From assembly GCA_964019425.1 (NCBI GenBank), contig OZ025782.1, forward strand, positions 930,001-994,000: a DNA stretch of 64,000 bases, written 5' to 3'. A program made the translations under genes and the position numbers. The stretch is from Flectonema sp. DT1601 (taxonomy: Eukaryota). This document shows, one piece after another, positions 23,401 to 36,327 of the stretch; position 1 is the stretch's first letter; the number at the start of each line of letters is the position of its first letter. Below the pieces are notes generated by a model, which was given only the letters and a program-made list of their open reading frames with translations, was not told the DNA's origin and did not search any database.

Positions 23401-26400
23401 GGCCCTCTAAACGCAAAGGCTTCGAGACCTGCGATACGAACTGTAGCACCTCCAGTTCCCGGAGACGGAGTATTGCAGTCGTTGATGTGTTCGAATTGCA
23501 AGTCTCCACTAATTAATCCATTCAATGTCGTAAAGAAGGTTCCTATTCTTATTTCTTGAAGGGTGCTTCGGATAACCTGTTTGATAATGTTTATGATAAG
23601 ACACGGAAAAAGGATAAAATAAAATAAATAGAATTATCGGGATTCTGACAGATCCATCGACCTCCACCCCCCCCCCCCCCCCAACATACCGGAATCTCAG
23701 CCAGGGCAGAGTTACCAAACATCATCGCTGATGATGTCAGTTTCCCTTCGAATTGAGTTGGCTCAGCTACTGTTGACATCAACTCTCCAGTGATCGCATC
23801 GTTGAATGTAATTCCGTTATACGGTACCTGAAGTACGGCGTTCGCATTGATTTCATAAAGAGTTTCCGTAGGTCGTGTCAGACAACGAAAGTACTGCAGC
23901 TCGCCGACGAATGTGGTATTCAGTTTACTGAAAGTAACATCTCCCATTGCTTCAAATGCCTTGCACGGTTCATCTTCATTATCAGTACTGACCTCGGCAG
24001 TTCCAATAAACTCAAACCCTCCCGAGGAAATAGTCATCGGGACGGAAAGTGGAGTCAGCATCTCGTCCTTCGTTATGTTGGCTGACACCGACAGGTCGGC
24101 TCCATTCATAAATGAACCTGTTTTGTTGTTTCTCATTAAATTGAATAAATGTCAACAATACGAAGACAGCCAATCCCAAAGTGACAAGAAGACCTCGCGA
24201 CAAGAACATGACGCAACAGTAGTACTCTCTCGAAGAAATAAAAATAACGTCACAATTGACAAACCTTTTCCGCTGAGCTCACCTTCCCACGAAGTGGTGT
24301 TTTGAGAAATGCTTCCATTAATGTTCACAGTTGCAGTCTGAACCTCAACTCCGTAAACAGTTAGTGAAGCAGAGCTACCAGCGACTGTCCACAGAGGCAA
24401 GTGAGTGTTTTGTTTAGTGTAAGTAGCCACGTGGGTGATAGTCGAAGCAATGCCTCTTAGCTGAGAATTCTTTAAAGAAATCACAAGGTCACCAGTTCCA
24501 GATAAAGTCTTACTAGTGTTGTCAAAAGACAGATCCATCGTACCCGACACAGGTCCGATTGTTGCAGACCCACTGAGATCAAGTGAAGCTACAGTCATCT
24601 CGAGGTTATCAAACAGAGCGTTAGCAACAATATTACTGCTCTCTCCAATTGAAACCCTTCCCTCCACGCTTCCTGACCAATTGGTTTCAAACTTTCCAGA
24701 ATTAGGATTCTTTTCAATAACCGAAGAAATACTCACATTCGCATCTGAAACCTTTACATCCCACAACATTGCCTTGCTGCCGGACACCGCAACCTCCCAA
24801 AGCGGGTCGCCATTTACTCCGCAAGTGGTTTTCTGTTTTATGATTCCTTGTCCTTCGAATCCAGAGGTAGTGGATTTGTAATCCACAATTCCGTTGTTGG
24901 CACCGCTGCAGCTGTCGTCGTCCATTTGAATGAGAGTACTGAACTCGTATTGAGGTGTTACAATATCACACGATACGCTGGTATTCTGAACTTCCCAGTT
25001 CGTTCCAATTAAAAGCTCCGCTTCACAGCCCGTTTCGAACATCGTTGTCTCGGCTTTTACCATTCCCCGCCAATCACTTCCGTTCGAAATTAGCTCCACT
25101 TCGATGCTCGTGATGTCGAGGTTTTTAACGTCAAGCGGTGTTGGGGTGCTTGCGAGGAATGTCATGGCTGTGGATGTTTGTTTGTTTGTTTGTTTGTTTG
25201 TTTGTTTGTTTGTTTGTTTGTTTGTTTGTTTGTTTGTTTGTTTGTTTGTTTGTTTGTTTGTTTGTTTGTTTGTTTGTTTGTTTTTATTTCCCAAGGACAG
25301 TTCCTTGTGTTATCCAAGCGAGTATCAGTTAACCGAAATTCACCAAAGTAACACAGCAGAAGGCATCCCTCACAACACAGCAGCGGTAGAAAGACCATCT
25401 TGAAAAGATTACTTGTTTGTTAGTTTCAAAAAAGAAGAATAAAAGAACAAACCTGAACTACAAAGATTAATATTCCACTCACTTACAATATACGATACGA
25501 GATCCCCTGGCTTAGCAAAGAACGCAGCGACCTGATCAGTTAATTGATCGTGTCCGAGCATCTTGTAAGGACAATTATCACCAAATCCTTCTTCCTTCAT
25601 GTAGGTGATCAGAGACACCAGTCCTGTTTCCGTGAAGGAAATATCTGGAATCGGAAAGTCAAATTGTGTTCCACCAGCCAAGAATGAAATAACTGTCGAC
25701 TCACTCACAGTTACAACAGATGGCAGTGATGGTACCATTGCCTTCGCTACACCAACCGAATTGTTGTTAAGATGTTCGAACTCAAGTGAAAGCAAAGCAC
25801 TCTCCTTCAGAGATGGAAATCTAACCGGAAGTTGCATGTTTGCAATTCCAATCTCTTTGAGCGAACTCAGCAGAGGAGCAGTGTTGAATACCAAGCTAGA
25901 CCGTTCATCGATAATCATTATTGGATTACTTTCGTCATTGCTCGTCTCAAATCCAAAACTCAAAGTGATGTTCGAGTTCCTAATCGGGAACGTCAAGTCC
26001 GAAGTTTCAGCCGCAGAGAACGCGATGTTGGTGTTGTAATCAACCGCCGTTAGCTTACCTTCGAGTTTCATATTAGGAACCATAATATACATCTGAGGCC
26101 TTCCAGCAGTTCTAGATTTCAGTAAAGGAGATATCGCCATTCCGACCTTCACGCTGATCCCTAAACGAGCTCCGAATTCCCCGTCGATATCTGGCATGAT
26201 GTCGGAGACTACAGACATGAGTCGATTCTTCATAAGATCCTCAAGACCAGTTCCATCTAGAGCTCTATTCAAGACTGGTTCGGAGACCTTTTCAATATTT
26301 CCAAGCAGATCGATATCAAACGCCAGCCATAAATCCAATGTCAGATATCTGTCTCCCTTTATCGTTTTCACCGCACCAATAAAATTAGTTCCCCCACCGG

Positions 26401-29400
26401 ATGTATATTCAAAATGGTTTTTAAGAAAACTCAGAAAACCTCCAACTGTAGGACTCGAACCAAATATCAAATTGAGCTCGCGTTCGTATCGAAGATCAAC
26501 GCGGAGGATGTTGCCGACCTCCGGAAGGTAATCCCGCCAGTCGAAAATGGAGCCGGTGCTTGGGTTTGTAAGATTCGACTGGAAACCTCCAAACAAAGCC
26601 GGGTAACTATTATTCAACTCCACTAGCATTTCATATTGAAACCGTGGATTAACTCCATAAGTTGGAGGAACTGTTGCAAGGAACTTACCCAGAGCCATTA
26701 AAGTTGCATTCTCTGCTGTAGTTTTAATCCCAAGGCTGGTAAACAACTCCGGTAGGTAGTCCTCTGGAGAGAATTCAATACCGTTTGATTTACTGCGAGG
26801 GATTTCAAAATCTTTGTCAAATTGAGAAGAGATGTTTTTAGGAAGCAAGTCGATCATTGCCAGAGCGTTCTTTCTGCTCAACTTATAATTACTTTTCAAT
26901 GATAGCATCCAAGAGAGATGTTCGATTCCGTACTCCGACCCACTAGCAGCTCCTGGAATCTCAAAGATGAATTCGAGGATCTCACCAATGTAGTTTATCG
27001 GTTCGAACTTCTCACCACTCGACGGGTCAACACCTCCTGAATCTGAAAATCGTCCAAAAATCGCCGGATGGATTCCCTGAAGCTTGGCTAGAGTATCTCT
27101 TTGGAACAACACCGACTTTGAGATTTCCTGACGGCTTCGATACTCGTCTAACTTTAACTCGTAAGGAAGTCCAATACCCAGCTGTCGGTACGACTCATGC
27201 ATTGCTAGATACCTGTCTAATACCTCATCAAAGTCCATCGTGCCGTTGATTCCTGTGGTAGTTTCCCTTTCTTCGTCATTTGCATTTCCAAACGCAGAAA
27301 CAGAACAGACACTTGATAAGAAACATAACAACACACCTGATAAGAAGTACTCCAAGTTATCGCTGTACACGGAACCTGGAAAAGGTTTGTGAGCTGAAAC
27401 TTCTTCAACCAGCTGATTGAGTGAGCTGGTCACGAAGCTGAGATGGTTAATCGATGTCCCTTTTTCTTGGACTCTGAGGAAGGAGAGATCCAGATCGACA
27501 GTCATTTCAGCTGTTTTGCCGTTGAGGATGTCGAGATCGTGAATGGCAACAATCGGAATGAATCTCTCAGAGTCCGTGTGGAGTGGAAGAATTACATCCA
27601 GCTTGCCATACGGTTGTGGTTTCATTCTCTGTGTTTTGATTTATTTTTATTTTCTCAAAAATGATTCATTCCTTTTATTGTAATCAAGTCAGCCTTTAAG
27701 AAAATAAAATAAAACTATCGCCATACCGAGTAGATCAAACTCATCAAGTCAGTCGAGTCGTCAACAACTGAAGCTGTTGCAGTAGCAAATGCTTTGCTCT
27801 TGACTCCAAATACAAGAGAAATTATGCCGTCAGCCACACTTAGGAGACCGTCCCCGATGACCATGTCAACGGGATCAACAAGTATTTGCACCTCAGCGTG
27901 GTATTTTCTTACAGTGATGCTGTTTTTATTATTATTATTATTATTATTATATTTTCTTTTACTGATTCTTTCTGTAAAAGTAGTCGGGAAATATAAGGAA
28001 GGCTAATCTGAATGGTTTTTATTGACTCCTTCTGTAAAAGTAGTCGGGCATCACATGTAATCTTTTCATAGCTCACAGTCCAACCGCGGATTACAGTTTC
28101 CTTCACAAACAACAACACTATATTCTCACAGAGACTCAACTATGAATTTATAAAAGCTTCAAGAGTCAGTTTTATCTTTCCCTCGGCAGTTCAATCTCTC
28201 AGATCATCCTTCATCAAGAGCTTTCCTACTTTACAACTTAAAGAAAACACAAGTTGAAAAACAAACCTAACTTCCTTCGATTTCGTAATACTGATCTCGA
28301 TTTCAACGGTTGCCGCAGCTTCATAATAAATATTGAAGTCAGGAATCGTAACATCACTCGCAGGTGGAGCATTTCTGTCAAGAAGCTCCCAAAGTTCTCG
28401 CAGTTCACTGATAGGTAAAAAGAGTTCTTTAAGTGCCGCCTGCATTGAGTAAACAGGAACTAAAGATAAGGCAGAAAGTTGAATGTTTATCGACACTTTG
28501 TCATCAACTGTTTCATGACTACATTGAAAGGTGTTCACACGAACAGAAGTTTCAGAGTGGGGAGCTGGAACATTGTGAGACATAACATTTACAAGCCCAT
28601 CGAGAGTTGTCAAGTGGCTGTCGTCTGTGTCGTATAACTCAAAGTAGTTCGCAACAGACGATCTAATGTCCAACAACGCACCAACCCCGTGAACCATATG
28701 TGACGGTTCTGGCATTCCTGTCAGATCTAACTTATTGAGATTCGACTCGTTCATGTTTACATCTATTCCTTTTATCTGTTTTTGTGTGTTAAATTGAGGA
28801 AAATATGCAAAATCGAAAGATAAATAAATAAATTATTTGAAGAATAAATAACAAACCTTATCGAGAGCCTGTAAAAGAGGTTCAATCATCCAGTGGATAT
28901 CGTTTTCATCATTAGAAGGCTTCATCACTTTTGGAATAAATGGATCGATAGCCTTTCGAAGAACAGAAAGTTTGACGACAACGAACTCACCTCCCTGAGT
29001 AACTGCGTAAATAAAATCATCTTCTACGACGAACCCGTGAGTACCATCGAGTTCTGGGATGCGTTTTAATTTCTTAGGTGTGTCGCTGTTCTCTTCGTAC
29101 GACACAACCCAAACCTGACCTCTGGAAGCAGAAATTGTGATCTGTCCGTAAGCTGCAATGTGCGTGTTGAAAACAACGTTCTCCGATTCCAACGTTTGGG
29201 CAAAACGTTGCTCTAATTGAGCTGCTGCAGCAATCTCCTGACCTTTTTCATCTACTTCGACCTCAACAGGGTTTTGTTCATCAGAGACGTTAATGATGTA
29301 AATACCTCCCTCCTTATCATTCAAGTAAGCTCTTTGATTACTAACATCGATACTCGCAATTAATGTGAATATTTCAATTTTAGAAACCACCAAAGGGTTA

Positions 29401-30371
29401 ATGTGATCATCAACTCTCACGATAGCCATCTTATCCCGAAGTATAACATAAGCTAAGTCTTCATGGATTTTAATGTTCGTAGGATGCTCATCATGAAGTA
29501 TAACAGAAAGGTACTTCGGATTCTTGGGATCCTTGACATTTAAAAGATGAAGACCAGAAGACTCATCAAGGATAAATATGACATCTTGTTGTTTTCCAGA
29601 TGTTGGTCGATAAACTAAAAACTCACTTGAGGGATTGGAAGAGTTTCGGGAAGTGACCTTAAACTGACTTATGTACTTTGGAAGGGGACTTGAAACATCG
29701 TAAATAAGAATATTTCCCGTCTGCGCATCAGCTATTGCCAACGTTTTCTTATGAACGCAGAGTGAACGCGCAACTTTAAAGTTTTCATTCGGTTGTAAAA
29801 GCGCTACTTCTACCGGACTTGGGGGACTGGTAATGTCTAAGGCCCGAACACCAGCAGTTTCATCAGCTAAGTAAGCGATGTTACCAGAGATGGCTAATCT
29901 TTTTGTTAATCCAACAGGGACCCTTCCAGTAACAGCCGCGCTGTGGTAGTCGATGACAACATTTTCTTTGCCATCTGACTCCTGGTCATCAGTTGTGGAG
30001 ACGAGGAAGTAGATTGCGACTGCTGCGATTATCATTGTGATGATGCAAACAGCTGCGAGGATCTTCTTCCTTGTCGCTGATGTTTGTTCTTGCTTAGCGA
30101 TTTCATCAAATGCAACAATTGATTCGCTGTCGCTACCAACATCAATCAATTTCGTCATGTCTAACGCTTCTGGTGAAGACAACAAACCCAGCGGTGGTGA
30201 TGTTGAGAAACTCACCCTACCCGACGAACTCGACCCTCCACTTGGCACTACGCTCGGTGGTTGTGTTGGAGCTAACGGATCGACTGCTTCCAGAGGTTCA
30301 TAGGCAGCCAACGGATTACCCGAATCCTCATAATCTTCAATATTATTAAATTCAACAAAGTTTCCCAACAT
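20475..30371 (-). CDS. Giant (~2,914 aa) type II membrane protein, copy 2. Exons: 28857-30371, 28267-28775, 27727-27919, 25453-27628, 24265-25167, 23690-24117, 23208-23576, 20475-23126.
   Basis: Same splice sites as copy 1. Exon sum is 8745 nt = 2915 codons, and all coding indels between the copies are multiples of 3. Confidence 0.85.
25176..25283 (+). repeat. (GTTT)~27 microsatellite near the 3' end of intron 4, copy 2
   Basis: Direct inspection; expanded relative to copy 1. Confidence 0.9.
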
Positions 30372-31075
30372 TGTTTATTGTTTTCCAGAATAGCTGCCTT
30401 TAACCTGTTCACAGAAGAAGATAATATACTTTTCATAATCGATTTATCAAAGCAGTTTTTTAATGAAAGGTGTAAGGACAAACAAAAGGGTATTAAGTTC
30501 TTTTCGAATCGTTAAATATGGCATCGTAGGAAAACAAAAAAAATAAACAAGTAGCTAATATTTTTGGGCAACGATTTTCGAATAACTAATCATCAGTTCT
30601 AGGAGATTCCTATATTTGTATGACAATGAATAGACCAGTACCGAAAAAGTAATAATATTAAGTTCTAGTTTGTCGAACACATGATAGGCGAAAAAACTAT
30701 TGTTGACAAAACTACTTAATATTTCAGTGATTTCTGTTGGGGGATTCTTCAAACGTCTACTAAATAGAAGAAATCTTAAAATTGAGAAACCAAAACTAAG
30801 CGAAAAGAAAAAAACGGAAAAAGTAAATTATGACAAAAATATTATAAAATCATTAAACAGAACCAAATGACAACATATTGTCGTGTAAATAGAACCCAAA
30901 CTGAGCATCGTCACATTAGACACTTTCAACAACTCAAACAGGAGCAATAATGATATCTTCCATAACGTTAGTTTTCACACCCCATGATACATCCCTCTAA
31001 GTAAACAGCTGATAGTGGATAGCGCTATTTATTTTATCTTTTCGAAGTAGAGCTGCAGAACTTTTATTTTTGTTG

Positions 31076-32002
31076 TCAGTCACCAAATATTTGATGTCTC
31101 GAAGATATCTCAACGTTGACACTCGTTTCGACTGCCTGCAGTAGAGTTTTCATCTTTTTGAGGGAAGTGACAGTCATCGTAGACAAGTCGCAATTTAATA
31201 ATTCCGACAGCTGACATGTTTGTCTTCTTAAATCAGTTTCCCTCCTGTGTTCTGTCATCAACTTATCGAAATGAAGTCGCTCGAGTTCCTCTTGTTTTTG
31301 TACTGCCTGCTCATGGAGGGCGCGATCTGCTTCCTCGCGTTGCTTCTCTACTTCCATTCGAAGGAGTTCTCGTTCCCATTCTTCGCGAGTTTCTTGCTCT
31401 AGATTTTTCATTCGAGATTCTTTCTCAAAAAATATTTTATTCTTTTCTTCGTCTTCGTGTTCTCTGCGTTTCCTCGCCTTTTCCTGACATTTCTGATTTT
31501 CTTCTTCGTTTCGTAGGTAATTGTTGTGAGCCATCGTTCGAATGTTGTAGCTACTTTCTGCCGCCCCGGTTTCTCTGGTAGTTTGCTTTCGACGTTGGGC
31601 AGACTCAGCATCTCGTTGTCGCTGCTCATCAAAAAGTTCTTTTTCTTTACCAACAAACAAATATGCTGAGATGGGTTCTCGACGCCGTTTGCGCTCCTCA
31701 TCTTCTCGGGTGCGAGTTTCTAACACTTCAGACGATGGCTCGTCCAGGTTACGTCTTCGGGTAGCCGCAGCACAGTGAAGTTTGTCATTCAGCTCATTGT
31801 CGTACTGCTGTTTACTTTCTTCATTTCCCAACACATCGTAAGCAGCGCTAACTTCTTTAAATAAAACCTCTCCTTCCGAATTCCTGTCAGGGTGGTACAT
31901 CTTAGCTAGTCGTTTGTAAGCTACACGAACCTCCTGCTCGGAGGCAAATCTCGTAACACCCAAAACATTGTAGAGATCGGAATGACCATCAGCTGCGGTC
32001 AT
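31076..32002 (-). CDS. DnaJ (J-domain, class C) protein with charged coiled-coil C-terminus
   Basis: DLYNVLGV...AYKRLAKMYHPDRN...FKEVSAAYDVL...YD (HPD motif). Confidence 0.92.
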   Translation of the reverse strand: MTAADGHSDLYNVLGVTRFASEQEVRVAYKRLAKMYHPDRNSEGEVLFKEVSAAYDVLGNEESKQQYDNELNDKLHCAAATRRRNLDEPSSEVLETRTREDEERKRRREPISAYLFVGKEKELFDEQRQRDAESAQRRKQTTRETGAAESSYNIRTMAHNNYLRNEEENQKCQEKARKRREHEDEEKNKIFFEKESRMKNLEQETREEWERELLRMEVEKQREEADRALHEQAVQKQEELERLHFDKLMTEHRRETDLRRQTCQLSELLNCDLSTMTVTSLKKMKTLLQAVETSVNVEISSRHQIFGD

Positions 32003-35000
32003 ATTAAAATACTGTCAAGGTGGAGAATAAGTTTAGAATTTCACAAAAAGATATTTTGTTAACAACGAAATACACCAATGAGACGACATGCTGTGATGCT
32101 GAAAAGTAGAAACTAAAGTAATAAGAACTTCCTTCTCTCGATGATGATCACAGAATTGATCAAACATAAGGATGCTGAATTTCTTTTTTTCTTTTTCCTA
32201 TTAGTTGACAACTCAGAAAGGAAGTGTCACATACCAAATTGAGGAAACAAGAAACAGATCGGTAGAAAGGGGACTTGAAGTAACACGAGTAGGGAAGGTG
32301 TTGGATGTTTTATTAAAATTAAAGTCGGCAAGTGAATACCGTCAAGGAGCTACCGTGGCTTTCGTTGATATTGACGAGCCGAATGCAGCATTTTTCCTGA
32401 AGATTTTCTTATGCACAACCTTCTTTGAAATAGTTCTGTCGAAAAGACGTGCTGGCTGTTAATTCCACTTGTTAGTTGTTCATCAGTGATACAGCAATCT
32501 TCATCGTATTTCATTATCTTTTAGTGTTTTCTATTTATTCTTTTTTTTTTTTTAAATATTATTATTCCAGTTTATTTCGATATGCCGAAGTTCGTTCCAT
32601 CAAATTTATACTACAAATGATGAATATGTGATTCAGGAAAGACACCAACCTTAAGCATTGAGAAACAAAAACATCACAGCTAAGATTAAAACAACAGAAG
32701 GGGAAAGGTAAAAAAAAAAACATATGTAACATAACGGAATGGTGTGCAATCAAAAGGAAGATTAGAAACCCGTCGTTCAATTAGCAAAATAGTTTTAATT
32801 GTTATAAAAAAACTGTTCTACTCATTTTGAATGTTATTTCCCAGAAAATAAAGAACACGTGGCCTTGAGTTCAATGATTTCATTCTTTTAGCTTTCGAAA
32901 AGAATGAAGCTCTGGTATGGGTAATTCTCACCAAAACTATTCACAGAAAATAGTATTAAGTTAACACACAACACTCTCAAGACAAGCAGCAGGGACTAAC
33001 CAGCTGTTGCTTTCACAAAAAAAAATAATAGTTTCAACTGATTGGCTATGATTGCTGTTGAGATTCTTTCTTTTTATTTTTATTTTATCTAAAAGTTCGG
33101 CAACTTATTGTCAGATGACAAAGAACGCAAAAGGCAGCAAAAGTAAATGTAAAAAAAAAAAATAATAATAAGGAGCCCGTATTAAATCGCCCTCCCTAAA
33201 CACTAACCAAACTAATGCTTTCCTTTTTACTTTCACTCTGTTTTGAACAGAACAAAGTAACAGTTGGTATTTAGGACTTTTTTTTTTTGTTGAGATTCAC
33301 TCTTCTCATTTGATTCTTTCTACAAGAAGAACCAACTATATGCGACAGTTTGTTTTCAGATGAAGAAAAATTGCCTATCGACTTCGCAAAACGCAAGTAT
33401 ATCTCAAAAAAAAAAAAAAGATCAAGATATTTCATACAATAAAACAACAGAGATTGAAAGCTTCTTTCGTTCTCAGTCAAAGCAGAACTAATCGAAATGA
33501 CAATTCCAAATCAAACCATTACTGCTATAAACGTATATTCCTGATATCTCTGATATTTGAATGCCTAACAGTAGTATGGATAACACGCAAAGAAACAAAA
33601 CTTCGTAAATTCTTTTAAAGGGAACAACGAACAAAAAACGAGTAAAACACGCTTAAGAATTACTACGAACTAATGCACTTTACGAATATATTGCAAAACT
33701 CCTGTTCAGAGGAATTCAAATTTAAGAATTGAGAAAACACGACTGAGGGAGAGGCTTTCAAAATAAGAAATACGAAATCACAAGACGACGTAATTTGTTA
33801 AAATATCAACCGAAGCCTCTATGGAAAGCTGTAATTAATATTTTTTGACAAACAGCACACGATATGCGTAAATAGATAAAATTTATTGTGTTTATTCCTC
33901 AGAAGTAGTTTAATCAATTAGGTTGACTCACACCAATGTTAAAAAAGACCAATTCATACAATGCAGTCTTTGAAATAATCAAAAGAGATTGCAGACAAGG
34001 AGAAAAAAACACCCAACTTTTACATCTCTTAAACTAAAGAGAATGAAGTTCAACATCGTATTTCTTTAACTAAAGAATTACAAGTCTGTTGGATGCGTAG
34101 CACTACTTCATAAAAAAAAAAAAAAAAAAATTCCAAAAAAAATTTCCCCTCTTACAAGAAAAACAAACCAGAAATAATAACAAAAAGTAACGCGAACCAC
34201 ATGGAACAAGAAACGCGTAACATACTTATAAAGTGTTACAGCAAGAATAAAAGGTCTTTGCTTCCATAGTATTTCACTGCGGTTGTTTACCCTCATCCTT
34301 ACATTTGTATAACACAGCGATCGGTCGACATGTTGATCGAACCATAGAATCGGCTGCTGGTATCTTTTTGTGAATTATTATATTTTTGGTTTTCAACGAA
34401 ACGAAAACTGTGATCTACCGATGTGCTGCGATTGGTACCGATGCAAAAAATAAAAGGGACAGGAAAAGGAAAGAAAGAATGGAACAGAACTAAATAAATA
34501 ATAAAAACCTTCCCATATGACAGGCATACAGGGAACTGCAACATTACACGAAACAATTGTAACGCTGAAGTCAGTCACGCCACAAGCGCTATTACAAAAG
34601 ACCCGCAAACAAAATGCCATACGGACCTGGAACACGAATTCCTTTCTTTGTTCACGTGATTCATTATTTTGTTGCCTGGTGTAGTTTTCTCTATCGGGGT
34701 GTGGGTACCCAAAAGCCAACACAAGACAGAACTGTCACTCACCTGAAGAATTTGAGAACTGAACCAGTGTGGATAGAAGTGAATTGCCAATAAATATAAA
34801 AACACAAATTACCAATTGTCAATCACTTTAGTTTTTTTTTTATCATTCCCCGCAGGAAAGAATTAGAGAAACATTATGTTTGAATTTATTTAGCATTTGT
34901 TGTCCATCCACACCTATATAACAATTTGATTTGTTTGATTAAAAAGACGGGAATCTCAAGTTCTTTGAAGCAAAAATGGAAAACCCAAAACGGAGGAAAT

Positions 35001-35344
35001 AAAAACATTTGACCCCACAGTATCACGTAAAAAAAAAAAAAAAAAGTACAAACGACGCTGTTAAATACTGTGGCCTTCAAGGTTTTTTTCCGCTCCTCAG
35101 ATTTCTAGAATGCCGCTTCGACAAATCAAAAAAAAAAAAAAAAAAAGAAAAAAAAGAAAACAGAACAAGAATGCCCACGGATACTACCACTGCTGAGCAT
35201 CAATCGCTAACCTCACTTTTTCCTTCTTGCTTCCGGAGGACAAAAAAGGATGAGGCTACCTTGTGCCAGAAAAAAAAAAGGGGGGGAAATACGATTGCTT
35301 GTTATTTCACTCGTAAACACATCTTCAAAAGAAGAAGCAAACTG

Positions 35345-35573
35345 CTGTTTTTTACTAATAGTCATCCTTATAATGAGTGCTATGAAGAGCTGTTTTCTAC
35401 TAATAGTTTTTTTTTTTTGTTTCCGAGGAAACAAAAAAAAAAAAAAACCAGAGTCATCCTTATAATGAGTGCTATGAAGAGCTGTTTTCTACTAATAGTT
35501 TTTTTTTTTTGTTTCCGAGGAAACAAAAAAAAAAAAAACCAGAGTCATCCTTATAATGAGTGCTATGAAGAGC
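35345..35573. repeat. ~92-bp tandem repeat (about 2.4 copies), each full unit containing a T-run-GTTTCC-GA-GGAAAC-A-run hairpin
   Basis: GTCATCCTTATAATGAGTGCTATGAAGAGC starts at 35361, 35453 and 35544. Confidence 0.9.
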
Positions 35574-36327
35574 CGAAAAAAAAAAGAAAGCAGATACTCG
35601 TTTGTTGGGCTCAGCTAATTTCTTAATTAAATGTAATAAAACAGATTCTTGTACTGGGAACGGATGAGAGCGACTGCGCCTGGGTTCGATCAAGTCGGGG
35701 CGAGGCACTAAAAGGGTCGCTTACATTCAAAAGGTAAGATATGATAAAGATATTCTCCTCAGGTGAGTCGCATTAGAATTGTTTTTGTTTGGAGTTGCTA
35801 TTTCAGTCCCAAAAAAGATACGAAAAAAAAAAGAAAGAAAAAAAAAAACGAAGAAGAAATTAACAGGCGGGAAGTGACGAAAAAAACTGCCTCACAAAAA
35901 GACAACGAAACTCACGAAAATTCGATCGTGCGAATAGAACAAACCTGAGTAGCCTGATGTGATAAGAATGGGGTGGGGAAGTTACGTTGTCTTTTACAAC
36001 TATGTGACTAGGATAGTACACCACGATAGGAGATATCTTCGCTCAGAGAATAGCGAAAGATTCATCTCCGTTCACGTGGTGGCCGATCCTACGCAGAACA
36101 CGCGTTTCCGGTACTTGAAAACAGGCAGGTATTCTTCGTATTGTTGATGTGTGAGGAAATTTATCCCAACTCGAAAGAAAAGTACAGAAAAAAAAGTTCT
36201 TTCGAATCTGAAATAAATTAAACTCACACTGCTTAGAAAAAAGAAAAAAAGAAATACAGAAGCAGAACTGTGCGTGTTTTTAAAGTAACAGCTTTAATGT
36301 GTTAGATTAAATATTCATTAAGAGAGC

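Larger units (their letters stand above)
19607..30480. repeat. Segmental tandem duplication, copy 2
   Basis: Colinear near-identity with 3572-17245 apart from the insertions and deletion described. Confidence 0.95.

Noticed and set aside
35345..35573. CRISPR-like array (30-bp repeats with spacers)
   Set aside because: The spacers are identical apart from homopolymer length, there are no cas genes, and the context is eukaryotic. It is a plain tandem repeat.
35660..35710. GGTTCGATC T-loop-like motif suggesting a tRNA
   Set aside because: No cloverleaf stems could be formed around it.
36178..36192. 12-nt match (TTTCTGTACTTT, minus strand) to the 3' part of euglenozoan spliced leaders
   Set aside because: Too short and low-complexity, and the flanks do not match a spliced-leader exon.
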